DNA from: Octopus vulgaris | Lineage: Eukaryota | Direction: 5' to 3' | DNA length: 64,000 bases | Assembly: GCA_951406725.2 (NCBI GenBank) | Contig: OX597821.1 | Location: 74,090,001 to 74,154,000, forward strand | In this document: positions 28,809 to 42,419 of the stretch, piece by piece | Layout: each line of letters starts with the position of its first letter | How positions within the stretch are numbered: the first letter of the stretch is position 1 | Program-made: the position numbers and the translations under genes | Notes under the pieces: generated by a model | Database searches by the model: none | What the model was told of the DNA's origin: nothing | Seen by the model: only the letters and a program-made list of their open reading frames with translations

Positions 28809-28862
28809 TCCAAGATCTCACCACTGGCATCAGCTGGATCTCATCATTTCACGAAAACCCTT
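28751..28862. repeat. Near-perfect palindrome, 54-bp arms, 4-nt loop
   Basis: 28751-28804 is the reverse complement of 28809-28862 with one mismatch. Confidence 0.97.
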
Positions 28863-28954
28863 ATACGATCGATTTGTTTATATACGATCGATTTGTTTAT
28901 ATACGATCGATTTGTTATATACGATCGATTTGTTTCAGTTCCTGTCTGCAAAAT

Positions 28955-28964
<10 letters not shown>
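28862..28964. repeat. Three 18-19 bp stutter copies plus a 47-bp target-site duplication of 26139-26185
   Basis: tatacgatcgatttgtt repeated four times; the last copy continues tcagttcctgtctgcaaaatccatatatat (3 mismatches to the left copy). Confidence 0.9.
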
Positions 28965-29009
<45 letters not shown>

Positions 29010-29094
29010 TGAGTGTATTTTACCTTGTTAACAATTAACACGGAAAAATAAATAAATAGTTACTTGTTTAAACCTGCGTTAACTCCATTTTTTA

Positions 29095-29135
<41 letters not shown>

Positions 29136-30070
29136 TATATATATATATGTATATATATATTCATATATATATATATATATATTATATATATACATATACA
29201 TATACATACATATATATTGGGAATTTACAAAAGAAACGAATAAGAGACGAAGACGGGTGTGTAAACAGCAAACAGGTTTATTAGTTTAACGCCCTGGACT
29301 TATGAAAATTTATATAGGGAGTACTGCTGATTTTAAAAATAGATATAGGGGCACAAGAATTCATTTATTCACCTCTATATAACAAAAATTCCACGATATT
29401 AGCATCATACATTAACCACCTCATACAGTCTAACATTGAGTATAATCAACACCATAGAACACATATACAATCAACACCATAGAACACATATACTAAATCG
29501 TATAGGTTTTGCATCAAGGAATCCAGTAGCATACTATACGCTAGAAATTAAATAAAATTACAGACATTTTAGTATGTTGTAAGCATAGCGTCTTATATTT
29601 TTCTTAAACTTTAAAATTAAATTTTTAAAATATAAAACTGGAAAGCTTTTTGAAAATACTATTTGGATTAGATCCAATGAATACTTATGCACAAATCTAA
29701 AATCTTAAATAATTTCTTTCTTATTAGTACAGAGTGGAATATTCCCATTGGCTTTTATTTGCTTGATTAACTAAAGTTAACCTCTCAATGATTTTCATTT
29801 CTTATTTAAACGTGAAAATCTTGAACTTGAAAATCTTCAGAAAATCTTCGATACTTCAGAAAACTGAACTTTCACCATGTAGTGCCTTACTGATTTTTGC
29901 TGGATTTTACCTCGAGAAAGGAACCCTGAGGAAGGAGGGCTGAATTTCGAATACTTCGTACAACCACTTTTCTGAAACGGCTGCAAGTTAGGAAAAAAAT
30001 TTTAATCACCTCTTTCAATTTAGGTTTTTATTTTTCATGTTTATATTTGTATTTCATCGATATGTTTATA

Positions 30071-30550
30071 TTGGGTTGTCCGGAAAGTTCGTTCCGATTT
30101 TTAAAGGAAAGTAAAGGTCACCAAATACTTGCCATTACATTTTTAATGAACCAAATCTGAACCATTTCGTTGCACAATACGTCTCCACCTTTCCTTTACA
30201 TTGAAAATACCCTCTTCCCAGATTGGGGTGCTTTCAAGGCAAAGAATTCGTCAAGGTATCTTTGTACGTATTCTAAGGAATTGAAATTTTTACCATTAAG
30301 ACTTTTCTGCAGAGACCTGAATAAGTGGAAATCCGAAGGAGCAATATCTGGGGAATAGGGGAGGGTAGGGGTAACACATCCCAGCCGAGCAGCAGCAATT
30401 TTTGTCTGGTTCCCAAAGTATCAAGTGCCGAAAATGAACTTTCTCATCTTTTATTTTAAAGGGTTACAGAATTAGCACAGGTTATAGGAACATAAACCTT
30501 CTTCCACGAAAAGATAGCTTAAACTGTGCTCTAAATGGAGGACAACCCAA
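30071..30550 (-). mobile_element. Short non-autonomous mariner deletion derivative
   Basis: TIR ttgggttgtcc / ggacaacccaa with TA on both sides; internal YSPDIAPSDFHLFRSLQ on the minus strand. Confidence 0.9.
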
Positions 30551-30664
30551 TATTTCTATATCTTTATCATGAAACTCTTAACATAAATATATGGATATTC
30601 GTATGGAATAATACCTCATGTGCTACATCTGAATCTTCTTGTCTGAATGTTTTAAGACAAATAT

Positions 30665-30825
30665 TCTGAGTTCAAATTCTGCCGAGGTCGACTTTGCCTT
30701 TCATATTTCGGGGTCGATAAATTAAGTACCAGTTACGCACTGGGGTTGATGTAATCGACTTAATCCGTTTGTCTGTCCTTGTTTGTCCCCTCTATGTTTA
30801 GCCCCTTGTGGGCAGTAAAGAAATA
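30665..30825 (+). mobile_element. SINE family B, 5'-truncated
   Basis: Near-identical to 5150-5311. Confidence 0.9.
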
Positions 30826-31011
30826 TACATTAACTTAGCATTAGAATTCTACAAATTGTATAAAAATTGTTTGCATCATTCGAAAGAGAAATAAATTTTG
30901 CATACGGTGTAAAAGATATAAATAATTTGTATGGTGTTAGTAACAAAATATTTTGTAAGAAATAGAACTTTTATCGTCGGTATTAAATATATTTTCGCCG
31001 GTGTATATATC

Positions 31012-33551
31012 TCAGGTCAATCCATAAGTTCTGTCCGAATTTTGGATAAAGAATCCAAGTGATCAAATGTTATATTTAATTGAAAGTTAATCATCAATGT
31101 ACTTTCCCTGATTATCTATGACTTACTTCCATCTTTTTACAAGCTTTTTAATCCCATCAATGTAAAACTCTTTTGGTATCAAAGCGAAGAACTCTGAAAT
31201 GTCAGGTTCGACCTCCTCCTGGCTTGCGAAAGTTGTGTCCCCCTAATAATTCTATAAACTATGAAACAAATGGTATCCTGAAGGAGTAAGGTCAAGAGAA
31301 TAAGTTGGATGAAGAATTTTTTCCAAACCGACCTCTTCGATCTTCTGTGATGTGATCTTTGCAGTGTGGGGTTGCGCATTGTCCTGATGAAACATCGCTC
31401 GTTTTCGACTCACTAAAGCGGCTCTTTTTCCTTCAAAGCTTGGTTCAAACGCTCTAATTGTTGACAGTAGACTTGAACATTGATTGTTGCATTAGGTGGT
31501 AACAATATAAAGTGAATTACGCCTTTGCAATCGCACCAGATAGAGTAGGACCTTTTTCTCATGAAGTTCCCTTCTCGGTTGTGGTTGAGCATTTTCCCTT
31601 TTACCAAGCCACTGTTTACGACGTTTAACATTTCGATAGAAAATCCATTTTTCGTCACAAGTCTATCGAAAAAGGGTGAAATGTGTTTGCGAGAATGGAG
31701 AGAAAAGCAGATGTCAACTCGGGATTTGCGGTTGCTTTCGGACAATACAAGAGGCACCTATTTTCCAAGTTTAGGAATCTTTCCACGTTGTTGAAGATGA
31801 CGATGAACTGTTGTATGGTTTGAAGTAAGCTTTATTGCAACTTCTTCAACTGATAATGACGGATTTTCTTCAAGTAATGCCTCAAGGAGCTTATCATCAA
31901 ACTCAACTGGACATCCTATTCGATCTTCGTCTTCAATTTTGCAAACGATCTCTTGCAAGTTCTTTCATTCAAGCACTTTCCCATAAACTGAGTGTATGTT
32001 TCGAGTCACTTCGGCTGCATAGTTACCTTTATTGTACTCATAAAGAATTATATGTGCCTTAAATGTTCCTTGGATACTTCCATGTTGAAAGGGTTTTAAT
32101 CAAAGCAATTTTAGGGTGTCCACGACGTCTGGGTACATGGAATAAAATCATAACATAAGCAAATATAAGAAATAATAATTTTCTCTTTTTACTTTTGTTT
32201 AAATTAAATTTAAAAAATACTTTACTTTTCTAAATATATTTGTTATTTTTTCTACAGATGATCGAATGATGGCTCTGCCTGAAGAAGAAAGAATCGAGTT
32301 AGTATTATTAAGTGGACGAGAGATTGGGTCTTATCGCAAAATTGCGGAAGAATTTAATCTTCGACACCCTTATAGGTAACCTATTTTTTCTACTGCCGTC
32401 GGGAAATTGATCAAGGAATTTAAAGAAACCGGCAGTGTTTTGGATAAACCCCGTTCCGGGCGACCAAAGACTTCAGATGAAACGAAAGAGGCTGTAATGG
32501 CTAAAGTTTCTGCTAGCCCAAAGAAATTACTTCGTCGGACATCCACGGTGTTAGGTGTTCTAAAACCAACCATCCACAAAATGCTGGTTGAGGAAAAGTT
32601 TCATCAATACAACTTACAGATGTTGCATCACTTAAATGAAGACGACCCTGATAGACGAATGTAGAGGTGCGAATTGTTTTCAAATAAATTGGATGAAAAT
32701 ATCAATTTTACGAAAAACTTTGTTGTTCAGTGACAAAGCTACGTTTTATGTAAATGGTGAGGTCAACAGACAGAATCTTCTATACTGGTCTCGAGGTAAT
32801 CCACATTGGATGGATCCATCCAAACAGCAAGGCAGCAAAAAGGTGATGGCGTGGTGTGGTTTGTGGAAAGCTCATGTTCTAGGATCCTTCTTCATTGAAC
32901 ATGTAACGGATGAGACTTATGTAAACATATTGAGAGACAAATTAATATCTCAAATTGAGCGCCTAGGCGAGGGCCTTCCGAATTGGTTTCAGTAGGATGG
33001 GGCCCCTACCCATTTTGCCACAACTGTTAGAGATTGGCTTAATGACACTTTTCCTCACTGGATTGGAAGAAGGGCTCATATGGAAAGGTCCCCTCGTTCA
33101 CCAGACCTTTCTCTCCTTGATTTCCTTTTCTGGGGTATGTTGAAAGAGAAAGATTACAATAAAGATTACAGATTTAAAACACATGAGAGAACGCATTACC
33201 AGTCAGTGTGCTGAAATTGATGGCAATGTAGACTTATTTAATCAAGTTCACCTAAATTTTGCAAGGCACATCAAGTTATGCATTGAAAAATGATGGAAAT
33301 CACTTTGAAAATATTATTTATTAACATTATAATTAAATAAAATTGTTTTGTTTTAAAGTATGTGTTAATCCCCATATACGCAGACTTTGTGGAGACCCTC
33401 TATTATTTTGTAAAACAATATTGAATTAGTTTAAACGTACACAAATGCATAAAAATAATTTTTAATTGGATTGGGCATTTGAAAATACTATTAAATTTGA
33501 TTCAAATCTAAAAAAAGGGTAAAATTGGACAGAACTGATTGGATGACTTAA
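31012..33551 (-). mobile_element. mariner (DD34D) element split by a nested insertion
   Basis: TIRs caggtcaatccataagttctgtcc / ggacagaactgattggatgactta; ATG at 32083 (MEVSKEHLRH); LEENPSLSVEEVA, IWCDCKGVIHF, YCQQLERL. Confidence 0.92.
32112..33400 (+). mobile_element. Tc1/mariner rosa/DD41D-like transposon (DD40D spacing here), full length, decayed
   Basis: TIRs agggtgtccacgacgtctgggtacatgg / ccatatacgcagactttgtggagaccct; KEFKETGSVLDKPRSGRP, LFSDKATF, WFQ*DGAPTH...SPDLSLLD. Confidence 0.93.
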
Positions 33552-34279
33552 TATATATAATCTATGATATTCTAGTAGGTTTCAAGTTTATAACACCTTG
33601 TTATCTCATGTTATCTCATTTTATATGCTTAAGACGTTTATTTTCTATTCTGGTTTTTATATATTTCTATACATTATATTTGTATCTATAATTTATTTTA
33701 AGCCGAAACATATGATCCTTGTACAAACAAAAGAACAAGAATGTCCTCTGGAACTTTTATCTCCCACCGGTGTTTGTAATCGATGGTGACATGTGCGGTG
33801 ATTTTGCGACTATCTTATATTTTACAGAGAAATTGTAAGCCACCACTTTATGAATAATACAATATTTATAGTTCTCTATTTCTAACTCACATTCTGTCCT
33901 CAATAATTATAGGTCACTATTTCTAAATGTAATTCTTTTTCTTCTCGTTCAGTTTATAACTATAACACGCATTGTCTGTCTCTTGACAAAGCTTTTTTTC
34001 TCCAGCGTTCACCACTTCACCTCCTTAGGGTTAAACAGCCCTTACAGAATGTTTTCACTGTCTTGTTTTTGCTAGCAGCTTTGACGTTCCACGTATCTCA
34101 AGTTTTAATAAATTTGCTTTGGGGGAGCAATTGCTTTGATGAAGACGCAGCTTGTTGCATTGCTCGCAATGCGGGGTAGGTAAATCTGCCAACAATTGGG
34201 GAAGGGTTGTTTTATATGCTGCCTTCGTGCTATAGTTCTCAATATAATGGAAATTAACCCAACCCAACCCAACCCAACC

Positions 34280-34450
34280 CAACCCAACCCCACAAGAATT
34301 AAAGAAATCCTCATGAATCTGGAACACCACGTGACCATATTTCTTATGGGTGATTTCAAATTCCCCAACGTCAACTGGTCCGAAGGTCTCATACTCTCAG
34401 GAATGAATCATTGCAAGCAAGTACAGGTGGAGTCCAAGTTATATCTTGAT
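34280..34450 (+). pseudogene. LINE apurinic endonuclease fragment (CR1-like)
   Basis: IFLMGDFKFPNVNW matches the GDFNxPxIxW motif. Confidence 0.6.
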
Positions 34451-34569
34451 ATCGCTAGTGATAACAATACTAAAAATATATAACAGACTGGAATTGAAAA
34501 CCAGTGGTGTAGCATATAAGACCATAGCGGATCTTGTAGCAAAATGGATGACCACTGTTAATGGTTCAT

Positions 34570-34838
34570 CTCTGTTCTATAATACTTTCAATTTAATAGT
34601 TTCAGTATTAAAGTGAATGTCTGCATTACAATAGAGAGATGTTTTTGTTTCACTTTTAACACGTAATACTGAAATAGTGAAGATATGATATTGCTGTGGG
34701 GTCGCCCTTGGGAAAAAGTTAAATTTTTTTGCCGATGACACTCCCCAGACCTTACGTAAGGCATGTGTAAAATTTGAATGAAATTGGTTGTGTAGTTCTC
34801 AAGTTTTAGGGAAACACACAGACAGACACACATTCTCA

Positions 34839-34860
<22 letters not shown>
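34570..34860 (-). mobile_element. Non-autonomous Helitron-like 5' end
   Basis: Minus strand tatatataaaactgagaatgtgtgtctgtctgtgtgtttccctaaaacttgagaactacacaaccaatttcattcaaattt resembles 5' ends of invertebrate non-autonomous Helitrons. Confidence 0.5.
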
Positions 34861-34873
<13 letters not shown>

Positions 34874-35166
34874 CTTCGTAATTCGTAAACAAATCTATAG
34901 AATAATGCATTTACACTTATCTTCTCATTGCCGCTTGCATATTGGTGTGCACGCGTGAGTTTGTGTTTGTATGTGTGGAAGTGGAAATATGGATGGATAT
35001 ATTAATATCTGCACGAAATTATGTACGAATTTATGTGTGAAAATAGGCATAAAATGATTTATCTATATATGTATATGCAAATATACGTGCACACACACAC
35101 ACATACGAATGCAACTGCGCATCTATGCTTGTTTATATATGAGGATATATATATATATATATACGA

Positions 35167-35215
<49 letters not shown>

Positions 35216-35749
35216 CGTGTATTTGTATGTATTTATGTTTAGTTCTACCAAGATAATATGCCGGTAAAGGCCGTGGAACATCGCCAAAACAGCAGTAAAC
35301 ATAGAATAAATAATGTACGGACACAGACACACGTACAGACACATAACACCATATAGCCACAATCAAATCCTAACACAAGACTTACTTAGTCTCACTCGCG
35401 CACACACACATACATACACACAGACACAGAGGCAAACACACGGAGCCGTCTCTCATGTGTCAGTATGTAGACGAAGAGAAGTTGATTTAAAATCCCCCGA
35501 CTGCATAATACTGCAGTCATTTCCTAACTCAATACAACAGCACAAGTCGACATTGAAATCTTGTTTATCTATGCAACTATCTGTATAAATGTTTGTGTGT
35601 GTGTGTGTGTGTATGTGTGTGTGTATGAGCATGTATGTATGGATTTAGGTATCTCTGTTTATCTATCTGTTTATCAATCTATCGCTCGATATAGCTGCCT
35701 GCTTGTGTGTCTGCCTGCTTGTCTGTCTGTCTGCTTGTCTGTCTGTCTG

Positions 35750-35784
<35 letters not shown>

Positions 35785-36368
35785 GATTGTCTGCATGTCT
35801 GTCTGTCTGTCTGTCTGTATGTCTGTCTGTATGGATGTATGTATGTCTGGGTCCCTCTGTCAGCATGTCTATGTACGCTTCTATATACCTCCTACCCGTT
35901 TCACTCATTTGACTGCGGCCATGCTGGTGCACCGCATTGAATTTTTAGTCGAATGACTCGACTGCAGTATTTGTCTTTTAAGCGTGGTTCTTATTCTATC
36001 GATCACTTTTGCCAAAAAGTTAAGTAACGGGGACGTAAACACCCCAACATTGTGTGTCACGTGATGACTGGTGGTAAAACGCAGAGAGAGAGGGAGAGAG
36101 AGAGGGAGAGAGAAAGAGAACTAGAAAAGTGTTAGAAAGAGCTAGAACGAAAATTAGAGAGCAACGAGAACTAGAGAAGCGGGAGAGCAAAGAGAGGGAG
36201 ACAAACAAGAAAAAGAGCAAGGAGAAGGCCGCGAACAAGAGAGACTGAGGTAGAAGAGAGAGAGAGAGAGTTAGAAAGAAGGAGAGCAATGATGATGATG
36301 AGGAGAGCAACGAAGAGGAGAGCAAGGAATAAAATGCACGGAGTAGGAAGTAAACTAGAATGAGAGCT

Positions 36369-36413
<45 letters not shown>

Positions 36414-37467
36414 AAAGAGAGGGAAAGAAAGAAAGAGAGGTGAGCGAGAGAAAGTTAGAAAAACAAAATGTAACTTGTTCCGGTTCTTTACATTCTGAGT
36501 TCAACTCTACCTTTCTTCCTTCTCGGTTCTGTAAAATAAAGACACTCAAGGAGTCATAATTGGTCATTGTAGTGGATGAGAAAAAAGGAAAAGCGGTCAT
36601 GTATTTAATTTATTTTAAAAAAATTGTGCATTATCTTGCTCATACACCTTCATTTTAATTTTCCCTTTGTGCAGTAAGGGGACGATTATCTCCCTTGTAT
36701 AAAATGCCATTCTATTTGTAGTTGCGATGGCATTCGCCTCGGTGGGTTGAGGAGGCTCCGAATAAGGAGCTCATCATGTCTCTGACGAATGTTGACCACA
36801 TCCGACGGTCGGTCCTAACGTTTCAGAAGGCAAAGTAAGTTAATCCATAGCTGAAACCCCTACAGGTGCTACTACTCCAGGTGAAAGTATACATGGGAAG
36901 CAGAGTGGCTACGATGTGGTTCCTCTCACCTCAGAACCCTGGAACTCCCATACCTGGGTCTCACTACCGATGCGGTTTAAAGTCATATCCAGAGCATAAC
37001 CAGAGCGACCAATATGTCTTGGTTAAAATGCTTTTGATCCAGTTTTTACTCTGAGTAATCAGACACGTGTAATAAGCATCTGCATCTTTAGCTGACACAA
37101 TTGATTTTTATTTGTTTTTAAAACAAGGAGATCATCTTTGTATTCTCCCAGGAAATGTCCAATACAAGAACCTAAAACAATTTCTAGGGAAGTTAACATC
37201 ATCGTAAGGTTGGGTCCTTGTTGCGCTGTAATGGCGTGTGGGCCTCATAGTCACTGAGCATTACGCTTGCAGACTGCATTGTCCTAACATAGGGTCTCTC
37301 ATATTATATAGGTTAAAGTGTTAAAGCCAAACTGATATGAATTATCTCTTCCCAGAAGTAAAAATGGGCTTGCAAATGGCCAGTAACCCCACCTACAAAA
37401 AACGCAAAGTACACACACATACACACGCACGCACACACGCACACACACACGTACGTATGTATGTATA

Positions 37468-37661
37468 TACTCTTTTACTTGTTTCAGTCATTTGACTGCG
37501 GTCATGCTGGAGCACCACCTTTAATCGAGCAACTCGACCCCGGGACTTATTCTTTGTAAGCCCAGTACTTATTCTATCGGTCTGTTTTGCCGAACCGCTA
37601 AGTGACGGGGACATAAACACACCAGCATCGGTTGTCAAGCAATGCTAGGGGGACAAGCACA

Positions 37662-37708
<47 letters not shown>

Positions 37709-37710
37709 GG
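37468..37710 (-). mobile_element. SINE family A, 3' half, low divergence
   Basis: Reverse complement of about 52070-52270 with few differences; the ORF track shows matching peptides. Confidence 0.9.
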
Positions 37711-37719
37711 ACCAAAATG

Positions 37720-39210
37720 ATTCTGAAACTTTTAAGATCAGAAAAGAACTTCTGGCCTCTGGCGCGAGTGCATCTTCTGTGGCCAAAAAAACAGAATGTA
37801 ATCAGAGAAGTGAAGTTTCTCCAGGAAATACCGAGCGCGAAATATTTTTCCTCACGAGAGTTCCGGACCCCAGTTATAAACTCATTTGCATACAGCCAAT
37901 CAGAGCTCGAGTATCAAACTATTTTATGAGCGCATAACAAGTGATGGGCGATAAGAAAAGGTCACTTACGTTAATAATGCTTGTTCTTGTTTCAACTATG
38001 GCTGCCTCTCTATAGTTATTTGCGTTGTTGTTTACTTTGTAAAACAGTAAGGAGAGAGGGTTGGTGGCACATCACCCTCTAGCCATATTTTTCCCATCCA
38101 CAACTTTACCATATGGGGCCCTAACAAAATCCGATAGTAGGTACAGATTTAAACCTATCTATATGTCTCCTAAAATCAGGCATAACTTGGCGATCGGTCG
38201 ACGTACAACACCGTTCTTCGTCCTTAGTTTACTTGGTAAGATGTGTTCATTAACTTGAAAACAAAATCAAGGTGAGCTCTGATTGGCTGTATGCAAATTT
38301 CATTGCTGGGGTCCGGAACTCTCGTGGGAAAAATTTCCCGGGCATCATCAGCAAGAATCTACGCAAGCGAATGAGAACCATTCCACGAGTCAAAATTAAC
38401 GATTAGACGTTTGGGTTGCGAAAACATCAAGTACAAATCCTGTGTTATGAGAGGTGGGAAGTTCATGACTGATAAAACCTGGGAGAATCTTGAGGAAGCC
38501 AACTGAAGCTGGTTTCTCTCAGATGCTAAGCACTTTCTCCAAATTGACAAAAATGAACTCAACGATTAACAATGGTTCTGTGCCGACCTCACTGAGAACC
38601 CCACTGTTATGCACACCAAGTTCCCATCGTTTGTGATGGTCTTTGATATTGTGTGGAGCGAGGGCTATGTCACAGCCTCCTCAGTTTTGCCCTCATGGTC
38701 TTAGAGTCAAGGCAGCAGCCTACGTCAAAAGAATGAGGACGGTTGTCAAACCCTGGATCGACAGATTTGTTCGAGGTACCAACGCGTCTTCCAGCATGAT
38801 TCTGCTCCCTCTCACACAGGCTACACGATCCAAGATGGCAGAACATTATCATGATTACGTTAACCATAATATTTGGCTTCCTAGTTCTCCTAGTTTAAAC
38901 CCTCCTGTCTATTACATCCGGGATGTCTTTTTGAGGGAAACCAACAAATAATCTCGCAATGTCAAGGAGTAAATGTTGTCTGCTGTTGGGGACGTATGGG
39001 CGACACGAATTAAGACCATCTGATTAGCACATTTATTTGTTTCGGAAGCTGTATGGAGGCAGCAATAGAAGAAGATGGCGGCTTTGTGTCTGTAAGAATA
39101 TATTCACCTAATTCTATAAATACGTATTTATCTGCTATAAATGCTTCTGTTTTCCATAAATTAAAAAAAAAACTTACATTTTTTTCACAAATATCTGGAC
39201 ATCAAACATG
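37720..39210 (+). mobile_element. DD37D (maT-like) transposase pseudogene interrupted by a MITE-like insert
   Basis: FKIRKELLASGASASSVAKK before the insert; IISKNLRKRMRTIP, WFLSDAKHF, PTVMHTKFPSFVMVF, GLRVKAAAY, IWLPSSPSLNP after it. Confidence 0.85.
37839..38337. mobile_element. MITE-like insert with 65-70 bp terminal inverted repeats
   Basis: tttttcctcacgagagttccggaccccag...atttgcatacagccaatcagagctc versus gagctctgattggctgtatgcaaat...ctggggtccggaactctcgtgggaaaaa. Confidence 0.8.
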
Positions 39211-39267
39211 TGTGTGTATGAATGTATGTATGTGTGTGTGTATGTATATATATATATATATACAGAC

Positions 39268-39308
<41 letters not shown>

Positions 39309-39342
39309 CATATGCAGACATATATATATACAACATATATCT

Positions 39343-39373
<31 letters not shown>

Positions 39374-39542
39374 CATATGCAGACATATATCTATACACAC
39401 ATATATATGTAATATATATATACACACAGGTCATATACTTACTTGCATATATTTACATATAAACTTATGTATATATGTGAATATGGACACAAACACACAC
39501 ACATAACGCACACACCCACACACATACGTACATAATACATAT

Positions 39543-39599
<57 letters not shown>

Positions 39600-40092
39600 C
39601 GTGTGTGTGTGTGCGTTTGTGTGTATGTATGTATCATCTATCATGTTAAATATTCGATAATCTGCAACTAAGAAGATAATAGAAAAAAAATGAAATGTTG
39701 ATATGTTCCTGCCTTGTTGCACCCTCCTCTTCCTTACCCTCATTATCTGATTACTCCTATTTTAAATTTATTATCAAATCTATTTCTTAATTATCCTATC
39801 TTTTTTTTTTACCTACAAAATATAATATATCGGTATTGGTGCCATTGAATATCAGTCTCTATTTATTTATCTCACTCAGGTGTGATAAATAACGGGATGT
39901 GTTACCATCGACAACGTCCTTTTGCTATTGTCAGTAATTATTGTCATTTAGCTTTATGTACACCGAGCAATAGAATTGTCATTGTATATATTCGTACGTA
40001 CGTATATACACGCATACATGCATACATAAATACATACGTATGAATGTGTGTGCATGCATATGTATGTCTGTGTATACACACTTACACGCGCA

Positions 40093-40129
<37 letters not shown>

Positions 40130-40143
40130 AATACGTCGCTTAA

Positions 40144-40630
<487 letters not shown>

Positions 40631-40728
40631 TATATATATATATAATATATATATATATATATACATATGTATATATAAGTATACATATATATACATATAT
40701 ATAATATATATATATATACATATATATA

Positions 40729-40772
<44 letters not shown>

Positions 40773-40811
40773 TATACATATATATAATATATATATATAT
40801 ACATATATATA

Positions 40812-40865
<54 letters not shown>

Positions 40866-40874
40866 TATAATATA

Positions 40875-40905
<31 letters not shown>

Positions 40906-42419
40906 TAGATACGTTGTTTAATGTGTAATGAATAGGAAAAGAGTGCTCAATATATGTTGTAGAGGATATGCGCTTCTTCATCGAAACGGAAATTTTGGCC
41001 ATGACTCATCGCATGAGTGATGCTGGACTTGAGTGTTTTGAAACCGAATGCAGGAGATTGAATGTGTGTGTGTGCGTGTGTGTATATTGTAAATAATATA
41101 TATATGTAAATGTATATATATATAATATATATATATATACACACATGCATATATGGGTACAAGACGTCACCAACGGTGTAAATAACGGTGTGAGCAACGA
41201 AGCAGGGGGAGATAAAGAGAAAGGAGGAAGGGGAGAAAAATGAATATGGGTGCAACTGTCTTTGATGACTCATATTGTCGTTGAATTCTTGAAATGAGGA
41301 GTGGATAGACAGACGACAACTGATGAAGGTTCGTTCTACGTGTTACATGTCCGGTTTTCCATTTTTACTCGTTGTTTACGTATTCCTTGTTGCTTGCACC
41401 GTTAGCGACGTCCTATACCCATATATAAACGTATATATGTTACAGAAAGTCGTAGTGTTTCTTTTATACTTGTCTCACATTGAAACCATAAATTTAAGCG
41501 TATTTCTATAAGTGTGAACGTGTGAAGTGGGTGTCGATAGGTTTTAGTTGTTGCTTAACAGTTTTGGGGCTTGCATTCTTCAAGGAGTTCATTTCGTAGA
41601 TAATACTATAAAACTTGTCACAAGGAAACATAAATTTTCTCATAAATCTAGTGAATAAACCTATTACATCCGCAGATACTCTAACCATCCTACATCGGTC
41701 ATTAGACAAGTAGCATAATATCAAATTACCAGCATGCACTTCCTTCATCTGCTGGTGACCAGCTGGAGCCATACATGACCTTATTGAGCTCGCTCGTCTC
41801 AAGGGTCTTGTAGTTAGGTGCCACCCAAATGAAAATCACATTTGATGAGCAATAAGTAGGAGATTCCTCTGCTTACGTATTTCCCCCCAGAGTTTGGATC
41901 ACTAGTGGTTGTGATTAGATCCTACGTTGATGTTCGTAAGTTTCTCATTGTGTCAGCATGTTTTTATATAATAAAAGCGACAAGTGAGATCTCATTTCAA
42001 TTACTGCAGTATCCCTGTCTCGTTGTAATCAATATTGACTTGTATCCTTAGAACACTGCTGTCGTGTTTCATTACAACCCCAGATGGGCTGTTTCAATAC
42101 AATCAAGCTTTATGTAAATCATTACAAATACAACTTAGGTCGGGCCGAATCGATATGCGTACCGTTGGGTGCCGTCAGCTTTCTGGTAACGTGTTCACAT
42201 CCTGCTCATCTTGGCTTGAATGGTCCCTGCGAGGATGATCTTGTCAGAGTGTCCAAGACGGCAGAACCTTCACTGGAAATAATTAAAGTGCACAGAATGA
42301 GAGCCTCCGGCTTATATTGTACTCCTAAAATTGCCGGTTTGGGCCGAAATGGGGAAAAAATATTAGAAACAGAACTGACTGTTTCATAATAGTTGGTTGC
42401 GAGATATAGTTTTTGTCTT

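Noticed and set aside
28862-28934. Four short direct repeats, superficially CRISPR-like
   Set aside because: No spacers, no cas genes, eukaryotic context; explained as target-site stutter.
26959-29470. Small tandem duplications (17 nt near 26960, 25 nt near 29445)
   Set aside because: Ordinary slippage or repair duplications with no further structure.
36660-37400. GC-richer block resembling a retroelement UTR
   Set aside because: No ORF, termini or ribozyme fold could be assigned, so the family is unidentified.
42035-42389. SCFITTPDGLFQY resembling the Gypsy RT motif TAFxTPxGLxxY
   Set aside because: No following MPFG or YxDD motif and no LTRs; may be chance.
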